Source: a phage. Taken from it: DNA of 64,000 bases. Positions 36,340-45,799 of the stretch are shown here, one piece after another. The stretch's first letter is position 1. Every line of letters begins with the position of its first letter. The stretch is from sequence record PZ445134.1, one strand, 5' to 3'. Below the pieces are notes generated by a model, which saw nothing but the letters and a program-made list of their open reading frames with translations, ran no database searches and was not told where the DNA came from. A program made the position numbers and the translations under genes.

Positions 36340-36695
36340 TTTCTACATTCCTTAATAAAGTTTTCTATTGTTTCATTTTCACGTCTAGCTAGGAGTTCAT
36401 TATAACTAATCATTTGAGAAGCGTAAACCTTTTTATTTTTCTTGTTATGGCTTATAAAATCGTAGTAAAAATAGACTACAGTACAAAATGACGCGATGGA
36501 TGCAAAGGCTTGGGTATACCGTAAGTCCTGCCATTGGTCTGTGAATCCACCAGTGTTCCCTATAAATCCTAATACAACGCCGTCAATAAGAAATCCAACT
36601 AATCCAAAGGCAAATCCCATGCTAATACTCATAATAAAAATTAGAATGTTCTCGCCAAGAGAAGGCCATACGGTTAAGAGTTGAGGCTTTTGCAT
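36336..36695 (-). CDS. membrane protein
   Basis: 119 aa with 2-3 hydrophobic helices. Confidence 0.45.
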   Translation of the reverse strand: MQKPQLLTVWPSLGENILIFIMSISMGFAFGLVGFLIDGVVLGFIGNTGGFTDQWQDLRYTQAFASIASFCTVVYFYYDFISHNKKNKKVYASQMISYNELLARRENETIENFIKECRK

Positions 36696-37099
36696 CTTAT
36701 TTCCTTAACGAATTCCATAGCTTCTTCATATTCATACTTTTTAACAGCTTCATCATACTGAGCTTGGGCTTTTGCGCACTGATCTTTCCATTCTCTTAAT
36801 CGGGCTCTGTGATGACGGCCTTGGTACCAATATCCTACCCAATTAATAGGCATTAATAAAAACGGTACAATAAGTGGTGCGACGAACATTAATGAAAATG
36901 CTGCATCAGACGATATAACTTCACTAGAATCTAAAACAGCTCCTATAATCATAAAGATTAAAAATGCTAAAGCTAAAATAGGGCCAAATAGTACTTCATT
37001 TGGGATTAATTTACGCTTGTATTCATACGCCCAGGGCTTAATTGGCATGTATAGGGTTGGCTTTGACATATTCTCTACATTCCATAATAAATTGCTCAA
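36674..37099 (-). CDS. membrane protein
   Basis: 141 aa with hydrophobic helices. Confidence 0.45.
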   Translation of the reverse strand: MSNLLWNVENMSKPTLYMPIKPWAYEYKRKLIPNEVLFGPILALAFLIFMIIGAVLDSSEVISSDAAFSLMFVAPLIVPFLLMPINWVGYWYQGRHHRARLREWKDQCAKAQAQYDEAVKKYEYEEAMEFVKEIRCKSLNS

Positions 37100-37655
37100 G
37101 GATTAAATTGTTAGTGAAATTAGGACTAACAACCATGGTTTCATAAAGCGCATCAATAGCACTTAAAGCATCAACTCTTTTAAGCAAAGGCTTACCTTCA
37201 TACATAGTTTCAGAATCGACGATTAACGTAAAGTAATATTTTTTATTATTGACCAGAACTTCTGTATCAATATAAAACATGTTAGATCTTAAAAGCTTGT
37301 CTCTAAAACCATAATAATCTTCAGAGCGTTCGCTGATATATTCCCATTCAGTGTTTAAACAACAAACAGACCATGTAGGAGCAACGAAATCAGTGAATCT
37401 AATATCATGGTCTGCAACTAGTTTAGCAATAGCTCCGATATCATGAATCATAATACCTGGGGCCAATAAAGATTTTCGGTTATTTGCATATTCAGTTGTC
37501 TCATAAGAAGACGACCAGTACCATTTACGTCCAGTTGCAACATATCGTAATGAATCAACTAAAGACGTAGGTGGATTTACCTTATTTCGGAACTCTTCGA
37601 ACATTGAGTCAATATCATTATTTTGGTTTCGCATGTTAACTCCTTTATTATCCAA
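37038..37655 (-). CDS. hypothetical protein
   Basis: 205 aa ORF; start uncertain. Confidence 0.45.
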   Translation of the reverse strand: MDNKGVNMRNQNNDIDSMFEEFRNKVNPPTSLVDSLRYVATGRKWYWSSSYETTEYANNRKSLLAPGIMIHDIGAIAKLVADHDIRFTDFVAPTWSVCCLNTEWEYISERSEDYYGFRDKLLRSNMFYIDTEVLVNNKKYYFTLIVDSETMYEGKPLLKRVDALSAIDALYETMVVSPNFTNNLILEQFIMECREYVKANPIHAN

Positions 37656-37683
37656 AAGGAGGACCGGAGTCCTCCGTATTATT

Positions 37684-38292
37684 TTATTTCAAAGAGTTAA
37701 TATATTCTTGTACATCAGCAGAAGTGGTTTCGACACCAGCTGGAGTGCCATTGAACGTTTCAACACGAGTCAGAGTGTCTTCGATATCAACCTTAGTCAG
37801 TGCAGCGATTTCAATTACATCATCAGCCGTAGAGATACCAAGGGCATTGGCTGCTCGAGTTTCACGAATGTATTCGAGTTTGATTGCCAGATTCTGACGA
37901 GCATCGTCAAGTTCAACCACCTTACGAGCAATTTCAATTCGCATAGCGGCATACCCGTCGGCTTTTGTATTAAGTTGTTCGGCAGTTCGACGATACAGAA
38001 GACCAAGCTTAGCATGCATGGTAACATCTTGTCCTTCAGCCAGGAGCTTACGAATTTCACGTTCCTTAGAAGCGGCTTGCTTGTTCTTTTCATTAACAAG
38101 TTCGCGAATACGTTTTTCTTCATTAATAGATTTAACCGAAGCCGTTTTTAGTTCTTTGATTTGGGTAATCAACTTATCTGCAGCTGCGTTATACTGTTCT
38201 TCGACAGTCAGATTTTTAGCCATAGCAGTACCCAGTTTAGTGCGGATGAATTCAACAAGTTTCTTCAGTGTGTTCATATTATTACCTTTCAA
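37684..38292 (-). CDS. coiled-coil protein, possibly PspA/IM30-like
   Basis: 202 aa almost entirely predicted helical/charged; PspA similarity is impressionistic. Confidence 0.4.
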   Translation of the reverse strand: MKGNNMNTLKKLVEFIRTKLGTAMAKNLTVEEQYNAAADKLITQIKELKTASVKSINEEKRIRELVNEKNKQAASKEREIRKLLAEGQDVTMHAKLGLLYRRTAEQLNTKADGYAAMRIEIARKVVELDDARQNLAIKLEYIRETRAANALGISTADDVIEIAALTKVDIEDTLTRVETFNGTPAGVETTSADVQEYINSLK

Positions 38293-38298
38293 TTGGTG

Positions 38299-38347
38299 GT
38301 TTATTATCCAACGAGAGCATTATACTCTGCTCTCAAGAGTTTGTAAA
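38299..38347 (-). promoter_or_regulatory. early promoter with dyad symmetry; copy 2 of the 49-bp duplicated cassette
   Basis: tttattatccaacgagagcattatactctgctctcaagagtttgtaaat differs by 1 nt from 6989..7037. Confidence 0.55.
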
Positions 38348-38575
38348 TTATTTTTTAATCAAATTGACATAAAACTCGGCATCTTCCGGGTGCATGCCTT
38401 CACAGTATTCTTCAACCATGAACTTCTTAACGGCTTCATAAGGACCACTCAGATTAAGCTCAGTTGTCCAGAACTTGGAATCTTGGACTGAATCGATACG
38501 AACTTCAGGGTGACGGTTGCGAATAACTTCTTCGGTGTATTCATAATCAACGACATCAATACTAACTGTAGCCAT
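38348..38575 (-). CDS. hypothetical protein
   Basis: 75 aa ORF. Confidence 0.45.
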   Translation of the reverse strand: MATVSIDVVDYEYTEEVIRNRHPEVRIDSVQDSKFWTTELNLSGPYEAVKKFMVEEYCEGMHPEDAEFYVNLIKK

Positions 38576-38584
38576 TTTGTTTTC

Positions 38585-38632
38585 CTCTTGATTTGATGTG
38601 ATTACTATAACATAAACTTACTTAGATGTAAA
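38585..38632 (-). promoter_or_regulatory. early promoter
   Basis: minus strand ATTTAC -35 variant and TTATAGT -10. Confidence 0.4.
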
Positions 38633-38786
38633 TTATTTCAACGTCACCTTTAGCTGCTTTATAACCTTCAGCCCAAGATACAACAGAGTTTTTATCTGAG
38701 GATTCAAATTCAGGCATTGGACTTTCACCAATATTCACACAGTATGTTTCTTCATTTTCATCGAACCAAATAATTAAAGTAGTCAT
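38622..38786 (-). CDS. small hypothetical protein (54 aa)
   Basis: hand-translated MTTLIIWFDENEETYCVNIGESPMPEF...; SD GAGGAG. Confidence 0.3.
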   Translation of the reverse strand: MTTLIIWFDENEETYCVNIGESPMPEFESSDKNSVVSWAEGYKAAKGDVEIIYI

Positions 38787-38809
38787 TTTGTTTACTCCTC
38801 TGTAGTTGA

Positions 38810-38848
38810 TAAGTCTATAGTATCACCGTCCTTGGTGCTTGTACATCA
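38810..38848 (-). promoter_or_regulatory. early promoter
   Basis: minus strand ATGTAC -35 variant, TACTATAG -10, CCAAGGACGG element in spacer. Confidence 0.4.
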
Positions 38849-38855
38849 TTATTTT

Positions 38856-39188
38856 TTAATTTTTCCAACTTAACAACTTGTAGTGTCCTTCATTAATACG
38901 TGGTTTATCCCAAGAAATACTAATATATGATTCACTGTCAATAGAAGTCGCCGGGTTTTTCTCTACCGTAAGACCTTCACTTTCCAGCCATTCAATAGTA
39001 TTTGCGCATAAATCAGAAGAACACCTCATCGGAAACCGGCAAGATTTTTCACCTTTAGCTGCAGTGTTATACATCTTTTCTAAAATACGCTTTTGCACGT
39101 TTTTAAAAATAGTTTCAGCAGATTCTTCAGATTTTTTATTCAGTTCAGTATAAAGACTCATAACATTCTTCTCATTAATAGGGCTCAT
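38856..39188 (-). CDS. hypothetical protein
   Basis: 110 aa ORF. Confidence 0.45.
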   Translation of the reverse strand: MSPINEKNVMSLYTELNKKSEESAETIFKNVQKRILEKMYNTAAKGEKSCRFPMRCSSDLCANTIEWLESEGLTVEKNPATSIDSESYISISWDKPRINEGHYKLLSWKN

Positions 39189-39218
39189 AATATCTCAATC
39201 ATAAGCACATGTAAACAA

Positions 39219-39494
39219 TTATTTCATATTATTGAAATAATCTTCAGCGATTTCGTCATTATCATGGTAAACTTTGGTAGACGATTTGGCGTAACCTTCA
39301 GCTGAGAACATATTAATCACAACCTTTATAGTATACCACTGTCCGTCTTCGTTACCCATTACTGCGTAAGTTTCAAACATCGGATGGTCAGGTCCAATAA
39401 CTTTAATATCATTCACCGTACGTCCGAAATCTTCTGGAACGCATTTCATAAAGAAGTTGAACATTTCGCCGTAATTATCCATTTCATTCTCCAA
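39219..39494 (-). CDS. hypothetical protein
   Basis: 91 aa ORF. Confidence 0.45.
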   Translation of the reverse strand: MENEMDNYGEMFNFFMKCVPEDFGRTVNDIKVIGPDHPMFETYAVMGNEDGQWYTIKVVINMFSAEGYAKSSTKVYHDNDEIAEDYFNNMK

Positions 39495-39517
39495 GTTTTT
39501 TCTGTATCGGTAGTTGA

Positions 39518-39556
39518 TAGTTGTATAGTACCACGGAAGAACAGGGATGTAAACAG
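39518..39556 (-). promoter_or_regulatory. early promoter
   Basis: minus strand GTTTAC, 17 bp, TACTAT. Confidence 0.5.
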
Positions 39557-39677
39557 TTTTGTGAAAAAATTTTTAAAAGTTTTTTTGGGAATTCTAGGGC
39601 AAGGAGAGGCAATTAAAGGATAGGATATTGTATTATAAAGGGAAGAAACTAAATGATGCCTAGAGAGGTCCAGAAAG

Positions 39678-39705
39678 GCCTAGATACTAAAAAGCCCCAA
39701 CCTTT
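39678..39705 (-). terminator. rho-independent terminator (copy 3 of 3 identical), downstream of tRNA region
   Basis: same 27-nt element aaaaagccccaacctttcggaaggggc. Confidence 0.65.
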
Positions 39706-39766
39706 CGGAAGGGGCTAAGCCTTGCGGCAACCTTGTCGGGGTTCCACCTACTAGGTAAGTGTTTGT

Positions 39767-39858
39767 ACGAAACGCCGGGATTCGAACCCGGTTATTAAGC
39801 AGTTGACGCTACTCAATATTTTTAAAAGGCCGTATCTCGGCCATATCCGAACGTTCCG
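39767..39858 (-). ncRNA. tRNA-like element (T-arm plus acceptor-like stem), possible small stable RNA
   Basis: minus strand CCGGG-TTCGAAT-CCCGG T-arm followed by CGTTTCG, which pairs with CGGAACG 85 nt upstream; no clean cloverleaf found by hand; no CCA. Confidence 0.3.
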
Positions 39859-40097
39859 TCAAAAACGCTACTCGGCTTACGGCAAAGATATTTCCTCGAA
39901 TCGATAATTCTGTGCGCCGTTTCTGCTGTGATGTAAGGGGATATTAACAAATCGTAAAGATTTATTAAGACCAGTCCTTACGCAGGGAACATCAGTCCGA
40001 CGACTTACCGGTAGCGACCCGGTTTCTTGTTTGGTGCGCCGGTGAATGCTGGTAATCAGTCTTCATACGACGGCTTGACTATATAATAGTCTTCATT

Positions 40098-40172
40098 TGG
40101 TATCCCGCCCTGGGATCGAACCAGGACCGCAAACTTAGAAGGATCGTATGCTATCCATTACACCAGCGGGAT
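40098..40172 (-). tRNA. tRNA-Arg (anticodon TCT)
   Basis: hand-folded cloverleaf: acceptor ATCCCGC/GCGGGAT, D-loop AATGGATA, anticodon loop CTTCTAA, T-arm CCTGG-TTCGATC-CCAGG, encoded CCA. Confidence 0.7.
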
Positions 40173-40177
40173 GTAGT

Positions 40178-40254
40178 TGGTGACCCCGACCAGATTTGAA
40201 CTGGTAACCTTTCCCTTATGAGGGGACTGCTGCTAACCATTGAGCTACAGGGCC
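40178..40254 (-). tRNA. tRNA with anticodon CAT (Met or Ile2-type), atypical D-arm
   Basis: acceptor GGCCCTG/CGGGGTC with two G-U pairs, anticodon loop CTCATAA, T-arm ACCAG-TTCAAAT-CTGGT, encoded CCA; D-stem pairs poorly. Confidence 0.5.
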
Positions 40255-40316
40255 TAAATAACTTTCTATTATGAAAGGCACTTTAGAGCACCTTTGGTAA
40301 TAGAGGGTATGAATTA

Positions 40317-40343
40317 ATAATAACACATAATTCTTAAAGCAAA
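40317..40343 (-). promoter_or_regulatory. candidate MotA-dependent middle promoter for the tRNA cluster
   Basis: minus strand TTTGCTTTA MotA box, 12 nt, TATTAT; about 55 nt upstream of tRNA at 40254. Confidence 0.4.
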
Positions 40344-40350
40344 TTACGTT

Positions 40351-40641
40351 TTACCGTACCATATTAATGTAATTATATTCAATGCAACGTAATTTCAAAG
40401 GATTCTTGAAAATATCATATTCAAGAGGGCCTTTTTCTGTTTCAATAAAGAAATCAAAGTTAACTGTGTTAAATTTATCATCTTCATAGAGTAATTTAAC
40501 CTGTGAAGACGAACGGTCGATGTAAACCTTTTCAACTTCAAAATTAGTCAAAATACCATAGTCATCGACTAGTGCTTTAGCTGCACGTTGATCACTTTCG
40601 TATCCATTCTCGACAGATTTTACTTTAGCATAAAGAATCAT
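40351..40641 (-). CDS. hypothetical protein
   Basis: 96 aa ORF. Confidence 0.45.
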   Translation of the reverse strand: MILYAKVKSVENGYESDQRAAKALVDDYGILTNFEVEKVYIDRSSSQVKLLYEDDKFNTVNFDFFIETEKGPLEYDIFKNPLKLRCIEYNYINMVR

Positions 40642-40997
40642 GAGTGTTCCACCACTTCAAAAGTATGTGCACTGACAATCTGGTACCAGTCAAAATTTTC
40701 TTCAGCATTTTTGTAGATTTCACGAAGAGCTTCAACAGTTTTTCCTGTAGCAACAAGATCGTCAATACCGCCAAGAGGATAACAGTCACCAGCAAACAGA
40801 AGGAAATTAATAGTTTCTGTAGGTTCTGGATGCAGAACACCGTTATCGTCTACCACTTCAAAGAAAGTGTAAGAAGGAGTACAAGTTTTAATCCAAGCCC
40901 ACGCTTGAGCCGCTGAATCAAATGGTCTGCGTATCAAACGACAATCAGGGTCTTTAGAAGGATTTGCTTCAAAATCCGCATATACATGATATTTCAT
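40638..40997 (-). CDS. hypothetical protein
   Basis: 119 aa ORF. Confidence 0.45.
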   Translation of the reverse strand: MKYHVYADFEANPSKDPDCRLIRRPFDSAAQAWAWIKTCTPSYTFFEVVDDNGVLHPEPTETINFLLFAGDCYPLGGIDDLVATGKTVEALREIYKNAEENFDWYQIVSAHTFEVVEHS

Positions 40998-41183
40998 TTA
41001 CTCACCTTTTGCAATTTTATCCATAACGATAGCGATTAAGCCTATTAGAAATGCTACTACCAACGAGATAGAATTTTCTGTTGTTGTCAGTAGTCCACAA
41101 ATGAATCCTACAAACATCGAAAAACTAAAAGCCATTGAAGCAATTACTACAGCAACATTACGAATCAGTTCAGCGCGTTTCAT
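40998..41183 (-). CDS. small membrane protein
   Basis: 61 aa, one hydrophobic helix. Confidence 0.4.
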   Translation of the reverse strand: MKRAELIRNVAVVIASMAFSFSMFVGFICGLLTTTENSISLVVAFLIGLIAIVMDKIAKGE

Positions 41184-41204
41184 TTTATTCTCCTCAGTAG
41201 TTGA

Positions 41205-41243
41205 TAGGGTAATAGTATCACTACCCTATATAAAAGTAAACGG
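41205..41243 (-). promoter_or_regulatory. early promoter with dyad symmetry (PeSL-like)
   Basis: minus strand GTTTAC; arms TAGGGTA/TACCCTA. Confidence 0.5.
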
Positions 41244-41252
41244 TTTTATAAA

Positions 41253-41561
41253 CTATTTTATTCCGCGTGATGCAATCGTATTCTGCCGTTTAACGCCAGT
41301 TTGTTTAAAGTTATGATTGTCGAGTTGATCGGTGCGAGCAACTCCGAATGATGATTTAATCTTAGCTTTAGATCCTTTAGTTATAGAAATAAACATCTCG
41401 GGAGCCCCTTTCTTAAAGTCCGAAGCAATTACTTCAACACCGTTCTTAGCAAGTGACTTCATAATTGCTTCCGCATACTCATCATCAAGACCCGCTTGAG
41501 TATGAATAACGAATGTCTTTGGTGCAGCCGCTTCATTGATAAATTCTTTAAATGTTTTCAT
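41253..41561 (-). CDS. internal-protein-like protein with CTS
   Basis: starts MKTFKEFINE. Confidence 0.6.
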   Translation of the reverse strand: MKTFKEFINEAAAPKTFVIHTQAGLDDEYAEAIMKSLAKNGVEVIASDFKKGAPEMFISITKGSKAKIKSSFGVARTDQLDNHNFKQTGVKRQNTIASRGIK

Positions 41562-41587
41562 TTTATTTTCCTAATTAATTTTGATGA

Positions 41588-41623
41588 GATAATAGTACCA
41601 CTACCCTATCTAAAAGTAAACTC
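41588..41623 (-). promoter_or_regulatory. early promoter
   Basis: minus strand GTTTAC and TACTAT. Confidence 0.45.
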
Positions 41624-41894
41624 ATTTTAAATAAATTGCGTATTTTTTATAGCCACCAGGCTCGTGTCGAAGACCCCTATCATTAGCAAAACGCTCAATG
41701 TTGTTAATTTGATTCTGGTCAAGTTCAGAGATGTCAAACACGAAATAGTTACGTTTGTTACCAACTGTTACATAGTCAGTTAAATCAATACCATATAGGT
41801 AATTGATGTCAGCAATCATAGTCTTGACAGCTTTGCTAATTTTTACTTTTTCGTTAAAAGTAGCTTCATTGATAAATTCTTTAAATGTTTTCAT
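41622..41894 (-). CDS. internal-protein-like protein with CTS
   Basis: starts MKTFKEFINE. Confidence 0.6.
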   Translation of the reverse strand: MKTFKEFINEATFNEKVKISKAVKTMIADINYLYGIDLTDYVTVGNKRNYFVFDISELDQNQINNIERFANDRGLRHEPGGYKKYAIYLK

Positions 41895-41919
41895 TTTATT
41901 TTCTTAATTAATTTTGATA

Positions 41920-41957
41920 GGACCTACTATAACATAGTCCTATCAACATGTAAACTA
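41920..41957 (-). promoter_or_regulatory. early promoter with dyad symmetry (PeSL-like)
   Basis: minus strand GTTTAC; arms TAGGACTA/TAGTCCTA. Confidence 0.5.
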
Positions 41958-42221
41958 TTAAATACCTGCTTCGCGCTTAACATAAGCAACATAAGCTTCG
42001 ATAGCTTTCTTGCTGGTAATTTTTACCTGACCGCGTCCGTTGCCTTCTTTAGAGTTTTTCTTAACAACTACATTACCATCTTTAACACCCCATACATGGA
42101 CATAAGTACCGATGTTTCGGTCGTAGAACATTGCATGGTCGTTGTTGTAAGAGAATGATTCGTAGTTCTCTGTCAGAGTAGAAGATTGAGATTCAGCGAT
42201 AAATTCTTTATACGTTTTCAT
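41958..42221 (-). CDS. internal-protein-like protein with CTS (IPI position)
   Basis: starts MKTYKEFIAE; located beside 57B where T4 has ipI. Confidence 0.6.
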   Translation of the reverse strand: MKTYKEFIAESQSSTLTENYESFSYNNDHAMFYDRNIGTYVHVWGVKDGNVVVKKNSKEGNGRGQVKITSKKAIEAYVAYVKREAGI

Positions 42222-42249
42222 TTTATTTCCTTGAGGTCGTTTATTTGAT

Positions 42250-42287
42250 AGGATGATAGTAACACACCATCATCCTTATGTAAACTG
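42250..42287 (-). promoter_or_regulatory. early promoter with dyad symmetry (PeSL-like)
   Basis: minus strand GTTTAC, 17 bp, TACTAT; arms GGATGAT/ATCATCC. Confidence 0.5.
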
Positions 42288-42298
42288 TTTTGTGAAAA

Positions 42299-42984
<686 letters not shown>

Positions 42985-42988
42985 TTTA

Positions 42989-43723
42989 TTACCTTAAGAT
43001 TTTTTCAATTTTAGAATAAAGCTCTTCTAAAGAGCCGTCGTTTGTAATAACTAAGTCGCCTTCTTCAATAGGCAACCCAGCTTCTGTAATATGTTTATCA
43101 GTGGATTCCGTACCAGAGCGAACCACATGAATAACTGTAGCACCCATCGCTCTAGCGGTTTCCATTTCATGGACTTGACGTGTATCGGTCACAACGTAGT
43201 AATCGAAATCACTTCCAATATAATCCATATAGTTTAATGCAAAAAGCTTAACCCAATACATACGGTCAAATAAATTAACGACAACATCCGTACCGAGGGC
43301 TTGCATAAGACGGCGGATCGACCACGTGTCGTTGATATTATTTATAGCTTCACGCAGGGCTTCATACGGTTTAATATCTAGATATGAGTATCCACCTTCT
43401 AGTGATGATAATACGTTAACACCATTAATTGGCAGGTATTGTCGTTGTAAATAAATTAGCGTTTCTTCCATTAATTCAATAACATCCAACTTATTGATAT
43501 TTAATGGTGTTTCACGGTCGTATCCAATGCCTTCAAAGTATTCATATTTCAACTCAGTGAATACATCTGGGTTTTCGGCGTGTTTACGCTCCCAAGCTAT
43601 TGCTAGAGCGTCTTTAATTGGATATGCTAATTGATATTTTACGGATTTAAAGTTTGAATTGATGTAATCAGCAGTAGTGTCTTTACCACTACGTTTGATG
43701 CCGCTTAAAAAGATTAGCTCCAT
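42989..43723 (-). CDS. 1: deoxynucleoside monophosphate kinase gp1
   Basis: 244 aa; P-loop SGIKRSGKDT; strong resemblance to T4 gp1 as recalled. Confidence 0.88.
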   Translation of the reverse strand: MELIFLSGIKRSGKDTTADYINSNFKSVKYQLAYPIKDALAIAWERKHAENPDVFTELKYEYFEGIGYDRETPLNINKLDVIELMEETLIYLQRQYLPINGVNVLSSLEGGYSYLDIKPYEALREAINNINDTWSIRRLMQALGTDVVVNLFDRMYWVKLFALNYMDYIGSDFDYYVVTDTRQVHEMETARAMGATVIHVVRSGTESTDKHITEAGLPIEEGDLVITNDGSLEELYSKIEKILR

Positions 43724-43777
43724 AGGTTTTTCCTCATATAATTTATGAACGATTATAACATATGGAGCTAGAAGCGA

Positions 43778-44362
43778 TTAGCGCAAGGAAGGGTGTCTAG
43801 AAATGGATTTAGATTCAGCAGCCTGACGTGGTTGTTGAGATACAATGACTTCACCGTCTTTTTCTATCGTCATATACGCGTAATGAATAGTTGCTACGCA
43901 AGTAACGGCAGGGTCAGAGTCTTCAGTGTAACTAAATTCAATTTCGCTCAAATCGGAAATCCATGGTTTATAGAAATTTGCCGTCAAAACTACTTCGGTC
44001 TTATTGTTGTTTAAAATGTGCAAAGTAACAAACTCAGGACCATCGGTATGGGCTGTATTATGACCAGTTATATAGTTATTAGTGCTGAGCATCCATTTAT
44101 ACATGTTCATCCAGGACGTCATGTCTTCATCAACTATAAATCGTACAACAAAAGGGTCATATTCAAATGTGGTGCCTGCACGCATTGCACGTCCTAACCC
44201 CATTGTGCCTGTCACAGTTTCAACAACAGGAATTCTCACACCTGGTAATGGAGCCGTTTGGGCATTGAGCACAAAACCTGAAGTTCGTGTACTATCTGGG
44301 ATATCCACAACAAAGTTTGTTATATTTGTTTGGTTAAAAATCTGTCTCGCTGGACGAGTCAT
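43778..44362 (-). CDS. 3: tail completion / sheath stabiliser gp3
   Basis: position between 1 and 2 as in T4; start uncertain. Confidence 0.65.
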   Translation of the reverse strand: MTRPARQIFNQTNITNFVVDIPDSTRTSGFVLNAQTAPLPGVRIPVVETVTGTMGLGRAMRAGTTFEYDPFVVRFIVDEDMTSWMNMYKWMLSTNNYITGHNTAHTDGPEFVTLHILNNNKTEVVLTANFYKPWISDLSEIEFSYTEDSDPAVTCVATIHYAYMTIEKDGEVIVSQQPRQAAESKSISRHPSLR

Positions 44363-44464
44363 AAGCACCTCAAAAACGCTTTAATAAAAATGCAGTATAA
44401 TGGTTTTAGGTCTCTTCCATTAATCCGGTTCAACAGAATATCAGAAGAACGGAAGAGAATAGAA

Positions 44465-45286
44465 TTAAGATTTCCAAACAGTATTCGCAGAGAAACGTTT
44501 TCCTTTTGACATAAACTGCTGAGTAGGTAACATGATTATGTTAGCCCAGTCTTTAGGAGCGATTTCTGTTATTGTTCCTCTAATGTGGCCTGGCAGGTAT
44601 GCTTTAACCATTTTGTCAGCACCTTGAAATCCTTTCACCTTGCTCCAGTCTATCTTCAACTTTGTGTTATTAGTAATAGTAGTTGTGCTAGCATATTGCT
44701 TCAGCAATTCTTCAAGAAACTGTTGACGTGCTTTAGGCGGGATATAGTGCAAGTTTAGCCCATACATCAAATTATGTTTACCTAATCCTAAATAAATAAT
44801 CAAAGGATATCGGTCCCAATATGGCAGAGTATCTTTATGTTTAGCATCATACACGTAAGTATAAATTTTGCCTGGCGTAGGCTTGACTACTTTATGACCT
44901 TTTACACTTTTCTTAATTGTTTCAACGAACCACTTGGATGATTTGTTGTTTACTGCTGCACCTTCATTTCTAATCTTTTCTCGTATTGAACTGCGAAACG
45001 AGTTTATCATCAGAAGTTGACGTTCTTGCTTATTGAGTTTATTTTTAGGTTTAGATTCAAGCGTTTCAATTTTCTGTGCAGTCTTAATAGATGATGCGTA
45101 TCTAGACATTGCAGATGTAAACGACGAGTATTTTATTCCTTTTGATTCTGCAAATGCTTTTGCAGTGATTCCTTTCTCTTTAGCTTTCTTGTATTCTAAT
45201 CCTATCTCAATCCATTTTCTTTCATTTATAGACTGAGCAATCTTAGGGGCTTGTACGCCTTCAGATATAATTTGGAATATGCTCAT
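44465..45286 (-). CDS. 2: DNA end protector gp2
   Basis: 273 aa basic protein at T4 gene 2 position; T4 gp2 is 274 aa. Confidence 0.75.
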   Translation of the reverse strand: MSIFQIISEGVQAPKIAQSINERKWIEIGLEYKKAKEKGITAKAFAESKGIKYSSFTSAMSRYASSIKTAQKIETLESKPKNKLNKQERQLLMINSFRSSIREKIRNEGAAVNNKSSKWFVETIKKSVKGHKVVKPTPGKIYTYVYDAKHKDTLPYWDRYPLIIYLGLGKHNLMYGLNLHYIPPKARQQFLEELLKQYASTTTITNNTKLKIDWSKVKGFQGADKMVKAYLPGHIRGTITEIAPKDWANIIMLPTQQFMSKGKRFSANTVWKS

Positions 45287-45288
45287 AA

Positions 45289-45738
45289 TTACCCCTTGTA
45301 TCCGAGTTTTCTAAGACCGTCTTCGGTTAGAACTCGAAATTTTATATTTCTCTTTTCTGCGACAGCAGAAGCAGCTTTCCATTTGTCACAGTTCACAGAC
45401 CAGGTATATATTTCATTCATATAACGTTTCTTTGCTGCAGTCGTAAGATTTACAGGCTTAATAGGTGGTTGAGTTTCTTTCTTTGGTTTTATTTCTACAA
45501 AGAACTCTTGACCTGATGCATCTTTCATCCATATGTCCATATAGTATCGACGTTTCTTACCTTCGGCATTACAAAAATATGGAATTACTGCTGTTTCACT
45601 ACCCCATGCAATAATTTCTGGATTTTTATCCAACCATTCGAAAAAGAATTTTTCCCAGTTTGAACGATACGTTATTTTGGTATGGTCTCCACGGTATTTT
45701 TTTAAATTTTTCGGGACCCATTTACCAGAGTAGGCCAT
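45289..45738 (-). CDS. 4: head completion protein gp4
   Basis: track ORF trimmed to [14 protein letters not shown] (about 150 aa, T4 gp4 length). Confidence 0.7.
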   Translation of the reverse strand: MAYSGKWVPKNLKKYRGDHTKITYRSNWEKFFFEWLDKNPEIIAWGSETAVIPYFCNAEGKKRRYYMDIWMKDASGQEFFVEIKPKKETQPPIKPVNLTTAAKKRYMNEIYTWSVNCDKWKAASAVAEKRNIKFRVLTEDGLRKLGYKG

Positions 45739-45750
45739 GTTGTCCTCCTT

Positions 45751-45758
45751 ATAAATAG
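45751..45758 (+). promoter_or_regulatory. late promoter TATAAATA (for 53 and downstream)
   Basis: exact TATAAATA 42 nt upstream of gp53 start. Confidence 0.55.
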
Positions 45759-45765
45759 TATTATT

Positions 45766-45773
45766 ATTTATAC
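45766..45773 (-). promoter_or_regulatory. late promoter TATAAATA (for gene 4)
   Basis: exact TATAAATA on minus strand 28 nt upstream of gp4 ATG; divergent from plus-strand copy. Confidence 0.55.
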
Positions 45774-45799
45774 CAATTTCATATTGGAAGGAGACTATC

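Noticed and set aside
37633-38491. Plus-strand ORFs 37633..38151 and 38018..38491
   Set aside because: Antisense to the coiled-coil gene 37684..38292; repetitive Ser/Leu-rich translations typical of antisense to charged helical coding sequence.
39600-39720. Short plus-strand ORF (20 codons) with nearby -10-like TATTATAAAG
   Set aside because: Too short; the ORF runs through the minus-strand terminator hairpin; probably chance.
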